A stretch of DNA of 64,000 nt, from positions 151,581 to 215,580 of the forward strand of contig JANWWF010000001.1 of the NCBI GenBank assembly GCA_025055755.1, given 5' to 3'. Positions 20,427-31,313 of the stretch are shown here, one piece after another. The stretch's first letter is position 1. Each line of letters begins with the position of its first letter. The notes beneath the pieces were generated by a model. The model was given only the letters and a program-made list of their open reading frames with translations, was not told the origin of the DNA and did not search any database. Position numbers and translations under genes: made by a program. The DNA is from Candidatus Kapaibacterium sp. (GTDB lineage Bacteria > Bacteroidota > Ignavibacteria > Kapaibacteriales > NICIL-2).

Positions 20427-21295
20427 GCTTGTCCGTTTGCAGCATTGACAGTATTCCGAAGCAACATTGCAATAGTCATCGGTCCAACCCCACCAGGCAC
20501 AGGGGTTATCGCGGATACCTTCGGCGCTACCGAGGCAAATGCAACATCTCCCACAATACGGTAGCCATTTGGCGAGGTATCATCGGGGACACGATTAATT
20601 CCGACGTCAATGACAACGGCACCTTCGCGAACGTCGTCTGCAGTGATGAATTCTGCCCGACCTACCGCAACAATAAGCACATCAGCGCTACGAGTGTACT
20701 GGCGAAGATTTGCTGTAGCACTATGGCAAACAGTTACGATCGCGTCTGCCCACGGCGCTTTTTGCAGCAAAAGATTGGCTACGGGTTTTCCAACAATTAG
20801 GCTTCGTCCCACAACGACAACGTGTTTACCGCGAACAGAAACGTCATACCGTCGCAATAGCTCGATAATTCCAGCCGGTGTACATGGAACAAAAGAGGGC
20901 AATCCTATCAGCATGCGCCCTATGTTAACCGGGTGGAATCCATCAACGTCCTTGAGTGGATCAATTGATAAAATGACACGCTCACTATCAATGTGGGTTG
21001 GCAAGGGTAGTTGAACCAAAATCCCATGAACTGTAGGGTCTACATTCCATTGTTGGATGTGCCAAAGGACCTCTTCTTCGGATGTTTCCGCAGGAAGATG
21101 GAGGACTGTTGAACGTATCCCAACACGCTCGCATGCACGACTTTTGGCACGCACATAAGTGAGCGAGGCAGGATTATCACCAACAAGGAGCAATGCTATA
21201 TGAGGTACAACACCTTGCTGGCGTAAGTACTCAACCTCACAACGTAACTGTTCGTATATGCTGTTGGCGATTACTTTACCATCTAAAATCATCAT
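20402..21295 (-). CDS. folD: Bifunctional methylenetetrahydrofolate dehydrogenase/cyclohydrolase
   Basis: HGILVQLPLP, KDVDGFHP, PCTPAG, TPVPGGVGPMT. Confidence 0.97.
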   Translation of the reverse strand: MMILDGKVIANSIYEQLRCEVEYLRQQGVVPHIALLLVGDNPASLTYVRAKSRACERVGIRSTVLHLPAETSEEEVLWHIQQWNVDPTVHGILVQLPLPTHIDSERVILSIDPLKDVDGFHPVNIGRMLIGLPSFVPCTPAGIIELLRRYDVSVRGKHVVVVGRSLIVGKPVANLLLQKAPWADAIVTVCHSATANLRQYTRSADVLIVAVGRAEFITADDVREGAVVIDVGINRVPDDTSPNGYRIVGDVAFASVAPKVSAITPVPGGVGPMTIAMLLRNTVNAANGQAWRKHLFQ

Positions 21296-21316
21296 TGGAG
21301 TAGCAGGGAGGTAGAA

Positions 21317-23347
21317 TCACCACTTACTTGTCTCACCACTTGCTTTAGTAAGCGCATTCTCTACATCTTCAAGGCTTCGAAGAAGCGGAGAACAAGCCTC
21401 ATTGGTGCAGACAGTAGCATTAATAAGCATATCAGGATAATCTGCCGCGAGCACTTGCCATAGCCGCAATGGATTATAGCATTCTCGAAGAATCGTCCGA
21501 ATCTGTTCGATGGTTGTCTCGGAGCACTGTGCATAGAGTTTTTCCCCACGGGTTACAATCATGTATGCAATGAGTAAGGTCGTATGTGCAGCAGGGTAGG
21601 AAGAAACTGTTCCTCCATAGCGAGAAAGGATAGAGTCTGCCATGTTGCGTAGGTCTGGCATATCATCGAGAAGTGCAATCATTGCTGCAACAGCAGCCAG
21701 TACTCCTATTCCTGATAGAGTTGCTCCATCGGATGGTTCGGTTATTTGCGGAATATCTTTTGTTGAAGAGGTGTAGTAGATTCCCTCCAACGATGAGAAT
21801 CGTTCTCGAGCTTGTTGAACAAGAGCGATAGCCTTTTCAAGGTATGCAGAGTTTCCAGTTGCCTGATATAATTCGACTGCCGCCCATGCTGCGAAGGCAT
21901 AATCGTCAAGAAATCCATCGACTGTGGGAACACTATCATAGGAACAATGTGCTATTGTATAATCCATCCCACAGTGAACATGTTCGACGTACTTCCATCC
22001 TCTTTCTGCACGCTGGATGAAAGAAGGCATCCCCAGAATTCTCCCCGCTCGTGCTAAGGCTGCAATCGTAAGGGCATTCCAATCAGTTAGTACTTTCTCA
22101 TCACGAAGGGGGGCTGGCCTGTTCCGTCGCAAGCTTAATAGATGCTTTCGAATTGGCTCCCACCACGCAATGAATTCCTCAAGTGTACCACCGAACCGTT
22201 CCAAAACGGATGCTGTACGGACACCTGCATATAAAATGTTTCGCCCTGTTGATTTTCCTGTTGCTTCTTCGTATGCATTTCCTTCTGGTGTAACCCCAAA
22301 TACACGGCACATCCGATCAAGGTTATCACGATCAAGCACAGAGGCAAGCTCAGCATAAGTCCATTGGTAATACGCCCCTTCCCCAGCCAGCGTATCAGCA
22401 TCAATTGATGCAGCATAGACGCCCGAAGGGAGTAAAAAATTACTCTCGAGTGCCTCAGCAATTTCCTCGACGACTACGCGGCAGAAATGATCCTTTGTTA
22501 TCGCAGCGGCTTCCGAATAAACAAGAAGGAGAAGCGCTTGATCGTAGAGCATTTTCTCAAAGTGTGGCAGGAACCACCGTCGATCCGTAGAATACCGGTG
22601 AAATCCTCCCCCGACATGATCCCATAGTCCACTCCACCGAAGTGCCTGGAGTGTTTCCAAAACCATCACTATCGCTTGACGATCGCTACTAATGTAGCCC
22701 CATAGCAGAAGGTACCATAGCATGGACGCTCCAGGAAACTTAGGCTCTGTTCCAAAACCACTGTATTCCTGGTCGTAGCTACGACGTGCAAACTCGAGCA
22801 CCTGCTTACAGGTGTCATCAGAAATAGCTCCTGCATTGACGTTCTGCAAAGCCGGTAGGATGCGCTCCATGATATTTGCTGCTGAATCCCTCACATCCTG
22901 CCGATTGGTGCGCCACAGTTTCACGATCCTTTCCAGAATCTCAAGAAGTCCTATTCGATAGGATGTGCTGCGTTTGGGGAAATAGGTGCCAATAAAAACT
23001 ACCTGCTTATCCGGTGTCAGAATTACCGTCAATGGCCAGCCCCCATGCCCAGTCGCCGCTTGACATACACTCATATATAGCGCATCTATGTCCGGCCGCT
23101 CCTCTCGGTCAACCTTGACAGCAATGTAGTGTTGATCAAGAAGAGCGGCTACTTCCCCATCTTCAAAGGACTCTTTCTCCATGACATGGCACCAATGACA
23201 TGCCGAATAGCCAATACTGAGAAAAACGAGCTTGTCTTCCTGCCGAGCACGTTCGAACGCCGCTTCGCTCCATGGATACCAGTTGACGGGATTATGCGCA
23301 TGCTGGCGAAGGTATAGGGACCGCTCGGCTGCAAGGGCGTTTGGCAT
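21317..23347 (-). CDS. Thioredoxin-domain protein (YyaL/SSP411 family)
   Basis: [37 protein letters not shown]. Confidence 0.92.
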   Translation of the reverse strand: MPNALAAERSLYLRQHAHNPVNWYPWSEAAFERARQEDKLVFLSIGYSACHWCHVMEKESFEDGEVAALLDQHYIAVKVDREERPDIDALYMSVCQAATGHGGWPLTVILTPDKQVVFIGTYFPKRSTSYRIGLLEILERIVKLWRTNRQDVRDSAANIMERILPALQNVNAGAISDDTCKQVLEFARRSYDQEYSGFGTEPKFPGASMLWYLLLWGYISSDRQAIVMVLETLQALRWSGLWDHVGGGFHRYSTDRRWFLPHFEKMLYDQALLLLVYSEAAAITKDHFCRVVVEEIAEALESNFLLPSGVYAASIDADTLAGEGAYYQWTYAELASVLDRDNLDRMCRVFGVTPEGNAYEEATGKSTGRNILYAGVRTASVLERFGGTLEEFIAWWEPIRKHLLSLRRNRPAPLRDEKVLTDWNALTIAALARAGRILGMPSFIQRAERGWKYVEHVHCGMDYTIAHCSYDSVPTVDGFLDDYAFAAWAAVELYQATGNSAYLEKAIALVQQARERFSSLEGIYYTSSTKDIPQITEPSDGATLSGIGVLAAVAAMIALLDDMPDLRNMADSILSRYGGTVSSYPAAHTTLLIAYMIVTRGEKLYAQCSETTIEQIRTILRECYNPLRLWQVLAADYPDMLINATVCTNEACSPLLRSLEDVENALTKASGETSKW

Positions 23348-23355
23348 TTCCTTGA

Positions 23356-24402
23356 TTACACGTTCTCAGTGGTTACAGTTGCATATCGCTGCTTAATTGC
23401 CGGCACTAAATATTCTGCAAATGCACGCACATAGTCATATTGAGGTTCCCATCCCCAATCGCGACGAGCCGCATTATCATTAACATCAGCGCACCAAGAG
23501 TCCACAATAGCTTGCCGGCGAGTGTCCACTTGAAAAGTAATTGATGCCGAAGGGAAATATTCGGCTACAGTCGTTGCAATTTCTGCAGCTGTTGGTGCAA
23601 AGGCGCCAATGTTGTATACCTGGCGGGAGAGCCTACTTCGTTCCGCTTGTGCTAAAAGAAGTAGTGCTCGCACTCCATCAGGCATTGCCATAAATGGGAT
23701 TTGCGTGTCAGGTCGCACAAAGCACAAGTAGGGCACTCCTCGAGCGGCAGCATGAAGCATCTCGGGAGCATAATCGCTGGTTCCTCCCGTAGGAAGCGTC
23801 TCTGCACTAATAAGACCAGGAAAGCGAAGTGCTCGGAAATCTACCCATGATTGCTCCCCCGAAAGCTGCTTATAGTAGTGGCTGTAATAAATGCCCAACC
23901 GTTCGCAATGGAGCTTCGTCACTCCATACAGCGTGCGAGGCTCAAGAGCATTGTCTTCGGTCACTTTTCCAGCTTGATGTTTGTCGTGCACCGATGCGAA
24001 ACCATACACAGCGATAGTGCTTGGGAAAATGACCTGAACCGTCCGCTCGTAACGCTGACCGATGGCTTGAGCCAATTCGAGTATGTTTAGTGTACCCTGG
24101 ACGTTGATCTGATGGGCACGTACTGGATCACGCTCAGCAGCTGTAGAAAGGACAGCGGCAAGGTGAAAAATTCTCGTGATAGGGTACTCCACCAATGCAT
24201 AACCCAGTTCCGAGGTTGTTACATCTCCTCTCTCGCCCTCAAGGACGACTGAGCAGTAGCGAGTAAGTTCTGGAGGAAGGGATCGAACATCAGCAGCAAT
24301 AACTGCGCTATTTCGATTCCCAAGCTCTTTGATAAGAGCTTGCCCCAATTCACCACTAGCGCCTGTGATAAGAACCATTTCCTGTGAATCGTGCACTGCC
24401 AT
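23356..24402 (-). CDS. NAD-dependent epimerase family, probable SDR-type L-threonine 3-dehydrogenase
   Basis: [30 protein letters not shown] motif typical of SDR-type TDH. Confidence 0.78.
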   Translation of the reverse strand: MAVHDSQEMVLITGASGELGQALIKELGNRNSAVIAADVRSLPPELTRYCSVVLEGERGDVTTSELGYALVEYPITRIFHLAAVLSTAAERDPVRAHQINVQGTLNILELAQAIGQRYERTVQVIFPSTIAVYGFASVHDKHQAGKVTEDNALEPRTLYGVTKLHCERLGIYYSHYYKQLSGEQSWVDFRALRFPGLISAETLPTGGTSDYAPEMLHAAARGVPYLCFVRPDTQIPFMAMPDGVRALLLLAQAERSRLSRQVYNIGAFAPTAAEIATTVAEYFPSASITFQVDTRRQAIVDSWCADVNDNAARRDWGWEPQYDYVRAFAEYLVPAIKQRYATVTTENV

Positions 24403-24435
24403 GTAAAAGTCAATCGACGAATCTTCTATACTGCG

Positions 24436-24479
24436 CGAAAATAGAACTCCTGTTTCAGAATGCTATAAACGTAATTTCG
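24436..24479. promoter_or_regulatory. Putative divergent promoter boxes (TATTTTCG minus, 24436-24443; TAATTTCG plus, 24472-24479)
   Basis: TAnnTTcG variants oriented toward each of the two divergent genes. Confidence 0.4.
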
Positions 24480-24505
24480 CGGCCGGACGCCCTCTTTTTT
24501 GTACG

Positions 24506-25687
24506 ATGCCATTTTTCAAAGTTGTACGGGACATCTTAGCGTTACTTGACAGGCGACGGCGAGCGCTTACGCTAAAACTAATCGGCTATATTCTCTTATG
24601 GCGTAATAGGCTACAGGAGCACGATGGTACTCACCTTCGCCGCATTCTCGTAATTCGCGACGACGGTCTTGGTGATGCGATCACAACCTTGCCAATGCTT
24701 GGCTTACTTCTCCGTAAGCTCCCAGCAGCACAGATTGATGTATTGTGCACAGTGCGAAACGCCCAACTCCTTGCAGCTATCAACGGCATAGGCAACATCT
24801 GGGTGATTCACAGGAGACCATGGGATTATTTTGTTCTTGCATCCAGACTTCGGCGTCAAAGGTATGATGTGATTCTCTTGACTGTTCGAGGTCAAACGTC
24901 ATGGCGTGCCCTTTACATGCATATGATTGCTGGGTCTCACACCATCTTGGTAGCATCCCACCGTGGAGATGGATATCTGCCGTACTTTGACATCAATAGT
25001 TTGCTGGCGGCCACTGGAAAAAATGAATGGGAACGCACCTTCTTTCTCGCATGCGATTTGCTCAAGTATTCACCACAAGAAGAGGACTTGACTCCCTTTT
25101 TCCCTCGTGTCCACTTTTCCTGGGATAGAGTCTGCCAATGGCTTGCGGCACATCGAATCAATCACAACAGATATGCGGTCGTTAATCTTAGTGCGTATCA
25201 GAAACACAATCGGTGGGGGTATGAACAGCTTGCAGAAGTTCTCTCGTTACTCCGTACAACCATTGACATGCCAATTGTTGTCTCAGGTGTAGCAGAGGAT
25301 TGCCGTCACTACAGCCCCCTTCTTGAACAATTGGGCATGAAAGTATATCCACCTACCGACGATATCCATGAAATTGCAGGTTTGGTTGCCCATTCTCTTT
25401 TTGTACTCACCCCTGATACGGGGATTGTTCACGTTGCAACCGCGCTTCGAACGCCTCTTGTAGCCCTTTATACTGCAAATGGCAGAAATGAGCATGAATG
25501 GGCACCTTTTCGCCATCCAGCAGCACGTGTCATCCATAGTGAAATCGGTAAGCCTCTTTCCACAATTCCGCCCGATGTGATTGTATCAGCAGTTCATGAC
25601 CTCCTCGCCCAACTGCAAGTGCACCTTAACACCCAGGATGACTACCTCTCATCATCGAGCAACGGTGGTTCTTCCGTTGTACGGTAG
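24506..25687 (+). CDS. Glycosyltransferase family 9 (LPS heptosyltransferase-like)
   Basis: ILVIRDDGLGDAI, TPDTGIVHVATAL. Confidence 0.9.
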   Translation: MPFFKVVRDILALLDRRRRALTLKLIGYILLWRNRLQEHDGTHLRRILVIRDDGLGDAITTLPMLGLLLRKLPAAQIDVLCTVRNAQLLAAINGIGNIWVIHRRPWDYFVLASRLRRQRYDVILLTVRGQTSWRALYMHMIAGSHTILVASHRGDGYLPYFDINSLLAATGKNEWERTFFLACDLLKYSPQEEDLTPFFPRVHFSWDRVCQWLAAHRINHNRYAVVNLSAYQKHNRWGYEQLAEVLSLLRTTIDMPIVVSGVAEDCRHYSPLLEQLGMKVYPPTDDIHEIAGLVAHSLFVLTPDTGIVHVATALRTPLVALYTANGRNEHEWAPFRHPAARVIHSEIGKPLSTIPPDVIVSAVHDLLAQLQVHLNTQDDYLSSSSNGGSSVVR

Positions 25688-26661
25688 AAGTCGAGTGCTA
25701 CCAGAGTTCCATACGAACGAAATATACTCCCCACCGATACTGGATGATGTCGAAGTCGGAGCATTTCAAGCATCCCTTGTTGTTGCCACACATATTGCTG
25801 AGGAAGGAGGGGAAATTCTCGGCAAAGAATTCCATACCGACACAAAGCTGGAGCACTCCAATACCACGTAAATACCCCAATCCGCTCATCATCACGGGCA
25901 AGTACACAAGCTGATGGTAGCAAGCAATTCGTCATAATCTCCATCCGCAGTTGGGGCCCTTCCTGAGCAATCGGAGTTGTGCATAGTTGAGCAAGTCGTG
26001 CTGGAATTGCATTCTCCATCCCTGCTACCATCTGCTCAAGAAAATTCGCATGCGGCGAGTATGCCGCGCATGTTCTAATATGGTCAAGCTTCGCATTCGC
26101 ATATGTCGGACGGCGCCGCTTCTGCCGATATCGCTCTATAAAAGCACACACTGATACGCTAAACCCCTCTCGGACTGAACGGTTCTTGTAGTACGGAATA
26201 TGTTCGGTGCTCAGGCGTAGTAGACGTGCTAATGCATAACTCTGCACCTCCTCAAGTGTTACAGGCTCGGTTGTAGCTGGCAACTCATCGACCAGCAAAA
26301 GAAGCTCATCAGCAGGAATAACTATTGCCTCTGGTGTTGAATAGTCATCCACGTCACTAATGAGCACTGCATGCAGAACTACTCTTTCGTAGCCAGCTTG
26401 CTTATCATGAAGATGTTGCCGCCATGCGCTTTGATGCTTATCAAACTCGATTGCACCTGTGCATACGATACTATCAAGTAGAATTGCAGCCCCTTGAAAA
26501 TCTGGTCCCTCGTAAGGATTATACTTGCCTGGAGTAAGTATTTGCACACGCTTGCCGCGAACTGTCCTAAGGACGCGAACAGGATCGCTCATCCAGCGGT
26601 GTACCGCAGTATGCAACGCTCGCTCCGGTAAGCTGAGTAATTTATCCAATGATTCGCTCAT
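25642..26661 (-). CDS. DUF2851-family protein
   Basis: PGKYN..EGPDF..A..G.IEF...W..H.H...Y..VVLH N-terminal pattern. Confidence 0.7.
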   Translation of the reverse strand: MSESLDKLLSLPERALHTAVHRWMSDPVRVLRTVRGKRVQILTPGKYNPYEGPDFQGAAILLDSIVCTGAIEFDKHQSAWRQHLHDKQAGYERVVLHAVLISDVDDYSTPEAIVIPADELLLLVDELPATTEPVTLEEVQSYALARLLRLSTEHIPYYKNRSVREGFSVSVCAFIERYRQKRRRPTYANAKLDHIRTCAAYSPHANFLEQMVAGMENAIPARLAQLCTTPIAQEGPQLRMEIMTNCLLPSACVLARDDERIGVFTWYWSAPALCRYGILCREFPLLPQQYVWQQQGMLEMLRLRHHPVSVGSIFRSYGTLVALDFYRTTEEPPLLDDER

Positions 26662-27443
26662 CTGACGGCAAGCTGCTGATGGTAACGCTCAAGAGCCTGC
26701 TGTAGCCCTGTGACACCATGGTCTCGATATGAGGCAAGCAACGCACGCGATACATTGACAACAGCTACACCTTCCGCATTCGCCTCCAACACATCACCGA
26801 TGCTCCCCCCTTGCGCACCAATACCAGGGATAAGTAACGGCACCTCAGGTCCTACAAGCCCACGGATTGCCTTGAGTCGGTCAGGATATGTTGCCCCGAC
26901 AACAAAGCCGACATTTGTACTCCACGGCATGTGTTGACATGCACGAATTACCCGCTCGTACAACGGGATACCCTCACTTTCGACGAGTTGAAAGTCCCTT
27001 GCTCCCTCATTCGAAGTTAAGGCTAAGACAAATGCCAGCTTTTCAGAATAGACCGCAAATGGCTCGATTGCATCCATACCCATGTAAGGATTGACTGTCA
27101 CTGCATCAGCTTTGAAGTACGTATATGCTGCTTGAGCATATGCATGGGCAGTGGTGCCAATGTCTCCCCGTTTAGCATCGAGAATGGTAAACCGTCTTGC
27201 GGGAACAGTTGCTATAAGCTCAGCAAGTACCTCCATTCCTTCGCTGCCGAATTGCTCAAAAAAAGCACTGTTGAACTTAAACGCCGCACAAAAATCGCTA
27301 CTTATTTCGATGATAACTTTCCCCCATTCTAGCAGAGTAGCACCATTGATGCTGCCTACATACTCGACATGTGGATCTATTCCAACGCATAAACACGTGC
27401 CAGAGTCCTTTATCGCAGCTGTAAGTTTCTGGCATCCGGTCAT
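26658..27443 (-). CDS. pyrF: Orotidine-5'-phosphate decarboxylase
   Basis: LCVGIDP, DAKRGDIGTT, TVNPYMG, LIPGIGAQGG. Confidence 0.96.
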   Translation of the reverse strand: MTGCQKLTAAIKDSGTCLCVGIDPHVEYVGSINGATLLEWGKVIIEISSDFCAAFKFNSAFFEQFGSEGMEVLAELIATVPARRFTILDAKRGDIGTTAHAYAQAAYTYFKADAVTVNPYMGMDAIEPFAVYSEKLAFVLALTSNEGARDFQLVESEGIPLYERVIRACQHMPWSTNVGFVVGATYPDRLKAIRGLVGPEVPLLIPGIGAQGGSIGDVLEANAEGVAVVNVSRALLASYRDHGVTGLQQALERYHQQLAVR

Positions 27444-28234
27444 GGAAGGAGTCTTTTGAGCTCTTGATAGGGTTGTGAACGAAGATTTTCCTCCGTTGGG
27501 GGAGGAAGATTTGCAGCCTGAACACGTTGTGCATTAGCTTTGATACGGTCTTCCGGGAGTGGGTGCGTGCTAAGCAGCCGTTCAATTGCACCACCGCTGC
27601 GTCCCTTGACTTTCTCGAAAAAATAGCCTAAAGCCCCGGGGTACCATCGTGTACTCTGAAGGTAACGGAAGGAGTATTCATCACTTTCTGCCTCATCATC
27701 ACGGCTATTCTTGAGCAAGGCAAGACCTACAAAGAGATTGGCCGCCAATTCCGTTGTTCGCGAAGGATTCTTCCCAAGCGCGATGTCCAAAAGCAACTGG
27801 GCGCCCAGCGCCTTCGTCATCCTCTTTGTTGCATGTCGGCGCTCGGCATGAGCGATTTCATGCCCTAATATAGCCGCTAACGTCGCTTCATTGTCTATTG
27901 CTTTCATAAGTCCGGTGTACACGTAGATGTACCCTCCGGGGGTGCAGAATGCATTGAGAGTGTTCGGATCATTGATAATCGTCACTCGATATGCAAAGCG
28001 TCCGCGGTGTTCCACAAGTGGCGAGCGAATAATGTCATCTACCATTCTCTGCACAGCGGAGCGAACGGTTTCATTGTTAAGGATAGGATATTCGCGAGGA
28101 TTATTCCGAATCTCCTGGTCTAAGTTTGCCCCAAGCTGGGCATCATACGAGGCAGGAAAGATGTTGACCCCACAATGAAGACCAGCAAAAGATCCTGCGA
28201 CAATTACTACAATCCACCATGCTACTTGTCTCAT
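27440..28234 (-). CDS. M48-family zinc metalloprotease, probable lipoprotein
   Basis: NAFCTPGG, HEIAH, STHP, Cys after a hydrophobic N-terminus. Start ATG 28234 overlaps the truA stop. Confidence 0.9.
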   Translation of the reverse strand: MRQVAWWIVVIVAGSFAGLHCGVNIFPASYDAQLGANLDQEIRNNPREYPILNNETVRSAVQRMVDDIIRSPLVEHRGRFAYRVTIINDPNTLNAFCTPGGYIYVYTGLMKAIDNEATLAAILGHEIAHAERRHATKRMTKALGAQLLLDIALGKNPSRTTELAANLFVGLALLKNSRDDEAESDEYSFRYLQSTRWYPGALGYFFEKVKGRSGGAIERLLSTHPLPEDRIKANAQRVQAANLPPPTEENLRSQPYQELKRLLP

Positions 28235-29016
28235 GCACACAAACACGCATTGTGAAACACAACACCTAAATGCGGAGGATATTCCACCGCTTCAAACACC
28301 AAGCCATGTGGAGGCGCAAGAGGGCTTGCCAGCCGGCGATCACGTGCATCCAGCGCATCAGCAAGTTCTTGCAAGGATCTCTTCCCACGAGCACAATCAA
28401 CCATTGCACCAACTAATGCTCGCACCATACCGTAAACAAAGCGATTTGCCGCAATTTCTAATCGATACCGACCCTTCCCCAAGGACTGCCACTCGCACTG
28501 TTCTACACTGCAAATGTACGAGTGCTGCGAAGCGTTTTGTTTAGAAAAAGTGGTAAAATCATGCGTACCAATGAATAAGCGGCTACACTCCTTCAATACT
28601 TCCGGATCGAACGGAAAGCGCACCTGCCATTCATACCGACGGTTCAGCGGATCCTGACAACAGTTGATAGTGTAGCTATACACGCGTCGAATTGCATCAT
28701 AGCGTGCATGAAACTGGTCGTCGTCACGCACATGCACACCGAGGATGCGAACATCTTCCGGTAGTGCGCTATTGAGGGCATTAGCTATCCGCTGCTGGGG
28801 CACCCGCGGTGCACACTGCAGCCGACTATGTACTACCATCCCCCGCGCATGCACTCCAGCATCTGTACGACCAGCAGCAACAACGCTTGATCGCTCCCCC
28901 AAGATTTTTTCTATTGCCTCGGAAATCACTTGCTCTACAGTCCGCCCGTTCGGCTGGCGTTGCATGCCAACAAACTCGGTGCCATCGTATGCAACTTTCA
29001 GTACCACCGTTGGCAT
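28231..29016 (-). CDS. truA: tRNA pseudouridine(38-40) synthase TruA
   Basis: AYDGT, AGRTDAGVHA, FHARY, GTHDF, PPHGL. Confidence 0.95.
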   Translation of the reverse strand: MPTVVLKVAYDGTEFVGMQRQPNGRTVEQVISEAIEKILGERSSVVAAGRTDAGVHARGMVVHSRLQCAPRVPQQRIANALNSALPEDVRILGVHVRDDDQFHARYDAIRRVYSYTINCCQDPLNRRYEWQVRFPFDPEVLKECSRLFIGTHDFTTFSKQNASQHSYICSVEQCEWQSLGKGRYRLEIAANRFVYGMVRALVGAMVDCARGKRSLQELADALDARDRRLASPLAPPHGLVFEAVEYPPHLGVVFHNACLCA

Positions 29017-29021
29017 AGAGG

Positions 29022-30365
29022 CTACGCCAGAATTGGCAAGGCAAAGTATCGGGGCTCTGTTTGCACTTCTGATCGCACACGGGCAAGGAGATACTGCCCA
29101 GCGATACCATCAACCAGCACCTCCACGATCTCCCCTTGCGGCGCAGCCGGCAATACCACACGACAGTAGTTCTCGGTATACCCTACAAATCCTCCCACAC
29201 CCTCATCGTAGCTTTCGACGAGCACCTTGCGATAGGTGTTAATGTTTTCTCGATAGAATGCAGCTTTTTTTTGCTCTCCCAATTCCCGAAGACGACGAGT
29301 GCGCTCCTTCCGTATGCGATAAGGTACTTGGTCACTTCGCTGTGCAGCTTCGGTCCGTTCACGCTCGCTATAGGTAAAAACGTGCAGGTATGAAAGCGGC
29401 AATTGCTCAATGAAACGGTACGTCTCGGCAAAGTCGGCTTCGCTTTCACCTGGGAATCCAACCAAGACATCTGCACCAATGCAGGCAGAGGGAATACGCT
29501 GCTTAATGTAAAGGACACGCTCGGCGTAGAGCTCTCGTTTATAACGACGTCGCATCGCGCGGAGAACAGCCGGCGAACCACTTTGGAGGGGCAGATGAAA
29601 GTGCGGGCATATAGTTGGATGCTCAGCAATGAAGTCAATCATCTCTGGATGCATTCGGTTCGGCTCGACGGAACTGAGGCGATAGCGGCAATCCAGCCTT
29701 AGCGACACCAGGAGCCGCAGTACATCAATAAGGCGCTCTCCCGTGGGGGCGCGATATTCCCCCAAGTTGATACCGGTCAGTACAATTTCCCGATAGCCTG
29801 CCTCGGTAAGTCTGCGGACATGGTGCTCGATCTCCGAAAAATTCATCGACCGGCTTTTGCCTCGAGCACGAGGAATAGTGCAAAACGAACAGCTATAGTC
29901 ACATCCATCCTGCAACTTCAAAAAGGCACGAGTACGGCTATCATGTTCCGAAAAAACAGCCGGAACAAACTCAAGCTGTTGAGTACGTATGTCTCCCGCA
30001 TGCACAACAAAAGGATACTCATTGCGCGAAAGTGCCTCGCTGAGCACATCGGCGAGAGTATTCTTTTCGCTATTGCCGATGACAATATCAACACCATCAA
30101 ACGATGCGATTTCATAGGGCTGTAGCTGCGCATAGCAACCGGTAACCACAATGCGCGCATGTGGCGCAATACGCCGGGCACGATTGAGGATTTTACGGCA
30201 TTCACGGTCAGCCGATTCGGTCACACTGCATGTGTTGAGCACAATAACATCTGCTGGCTCCCCAAAGGGCACTATCGTGTATCCTCGTTCCTCCAAGCTT
30301 CGCGCAAGTGAAGAACTCTCCGCGTAGTTTTGCTTACAGCCGAATGTATAGATTGCAGCTTTCAT
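29022..30365 (-). CDS. mtaB: tRNA t6A37 methylthiotransferase MtaB
   Basis: TFGCKQN, NTCSVT, TGCYAQ, CDYSCSFC radical-SAM motif, LHVFTYSER. Start ATG 30365. Confidence 0.9.
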   Translation of the reverse strand: MKAAIYTFGCKQNYAESSSLARSLEERGYTIVPFGEPADVIVLNTCSVTESADRECRKILNRARRIAPHARIVVTGCYAQLQPYEIASFDGVDIVIGNSEKNTLADVLSEALSRNEYPFVVHAGDIRTQQLEFVPAVFSEHDSRTRAFLKLQDGCDYSCSFCTIPRARGKSRSMNFSEIEHHVRRLTEAGYREIVLTGINLGEYRAPTGERLIDVLRLLVSLRLDCRYRLSSVEPNRMHPEMIDFIAEHPTICPHFHLPLQSGSPAVLRAMRRRYKRELYAERVLYIKQRIPSACIGADVLVGFPGESEADFAETYRFIEQLPLSYLHVFTYSERERTEAAQRSDQVPYRIRKERTRRLRELGEQKKAAFYRENINTYRKVLVESYDEGVGGFVGYTENYCRVVLPAAPQGEIVEVLVDGIAGQYLLARVRSEVQTEPRYFALPILA

Positions 30366-30396
30366 CGAGTAATAAGTCGTACATTTTGGGCAACAT

Positions 30397-30819
30397 GTGA
30401 AACCGGAAGTTTGTTCCAGTAGTGCAACGGTTACCGTTACTGTCACACCAGAAATGGCAGCCACTCTTGACGGACGGAGTATTCATCCGCTCTACTCGAC
30501 ATTTTGGCTTGCCTACCATGCCGAAGTGGCCGCACGCAAAGCAATAGAACCATATTTCGACGACGGTGAAAATGCAATAGGCGGAGCGATTACGCTCGAG
30601 CACTTCGCCATGTGCCCCATTGGAGCACAAGTGCATATTACCGCCACTGTAGCTGAGCGGAAAGGCAATCGTATTATTTGCTCAATTACAGCACGCACTC
30701 CGCACCGTGAAATAGCACGAGGAACTCAAACACAAATTGTGCTACCAGCAACTGTTATCAGCGAGAAAATTCGTCAAGCATATGACGATCACCACCTGCC
30801 GTTACCGGACGAGTCCTAA
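30397..30819 (+). CDS. Hotdog-fold thioesterase (FlK-like)
   Basis: VTPEMAA...YST..L....E.AA, H.A..PIG pattern. Confidence 0.8.
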   Translation: MKPEVCSSSATVTVTVTPEMAATLDGRSIHPLYSTFWLAYHAEVAARKAIEPYFDDGENAIGGAITLEHFAMCPIGAQVHITATVAERKGNRIICSITARTPHREIARGTQTQIVLPATVISEKIRQAYDDHHLPLPDES

Positions 30820-31299
30820 TGCTTTAGCCATTTCCTCACCATAATCGGCAAGGAGTTCCTCCCCTGGTTCGATCGTCCGAATAGTCCAAACCTCCACACA
30901 GGTTCCGGTAGTATAATACTGCACGTTAGGCTTACGCCCGGAACCATGGTAAGAACAAATGAATCGTGCCACTCCAGCATCGGTACGGCGTGCATCAATC
31001 ACGGTAGTAGCGTTAAGCTCAATTGCATACGGTCCGACGCCTAGCTCCGCGTACCGTTCGGTGTACTCTTGCACACTGAGCCGGTCACCATCGTAGTAGA
31101 AAAGGAATGTGTCTTTCGGTAGCCGACGAACTGCAAAAAGTCCCTTCCCCGCACCTGGTATCGTTGATTCCCGAACTTCAACACCGTGAACGATACGGGT
31201 GTGATGATAGCAATACGGATGTGTAAGCGTCGTCAGCCGTCGGCATCGCTGCCCATCAGCCCCTACATACGCACATTGCTTTGTGATGTACTCAGTCAA
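30802..31299 (-). CDS. SET-domain protein with an N-terminal C3H zinc knuckle
   Basis: GAGKGLFA, YYDG, GEELLADYG. N-terminal C-x9-C-x10-C-x2-HH. Start uncertain; TTG 31299 with an upstream GGAG was chosen. Confidence 0.8.
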   Translation of the reverse strand: MTEYITKQCAYVGADGQRCRRLTTLTHPYCYHHTRIVHGVEVRESTIPGAGKGLFAVRRLPKDTFLFYYDGDRLSVQEYTERYAELGVGPYAIELNATTVIDARRTDAGVARFICSYHGSGRKPNVQYYTTGTCVEVWTIRTIEPGEELLADYGEEMAKALGLVR

Positions 31300-31313
31300 A
31301 TCACTCCAGCATC

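Noticed and set aside
14945-30819. Convergent 3' overlaps (14945-14991, 25642-25687, 30802-30819) as antisense regulatory systems
   Set aside because: Short tail-to-tail overlaps are common in compact genomes; nothing further supports a function.
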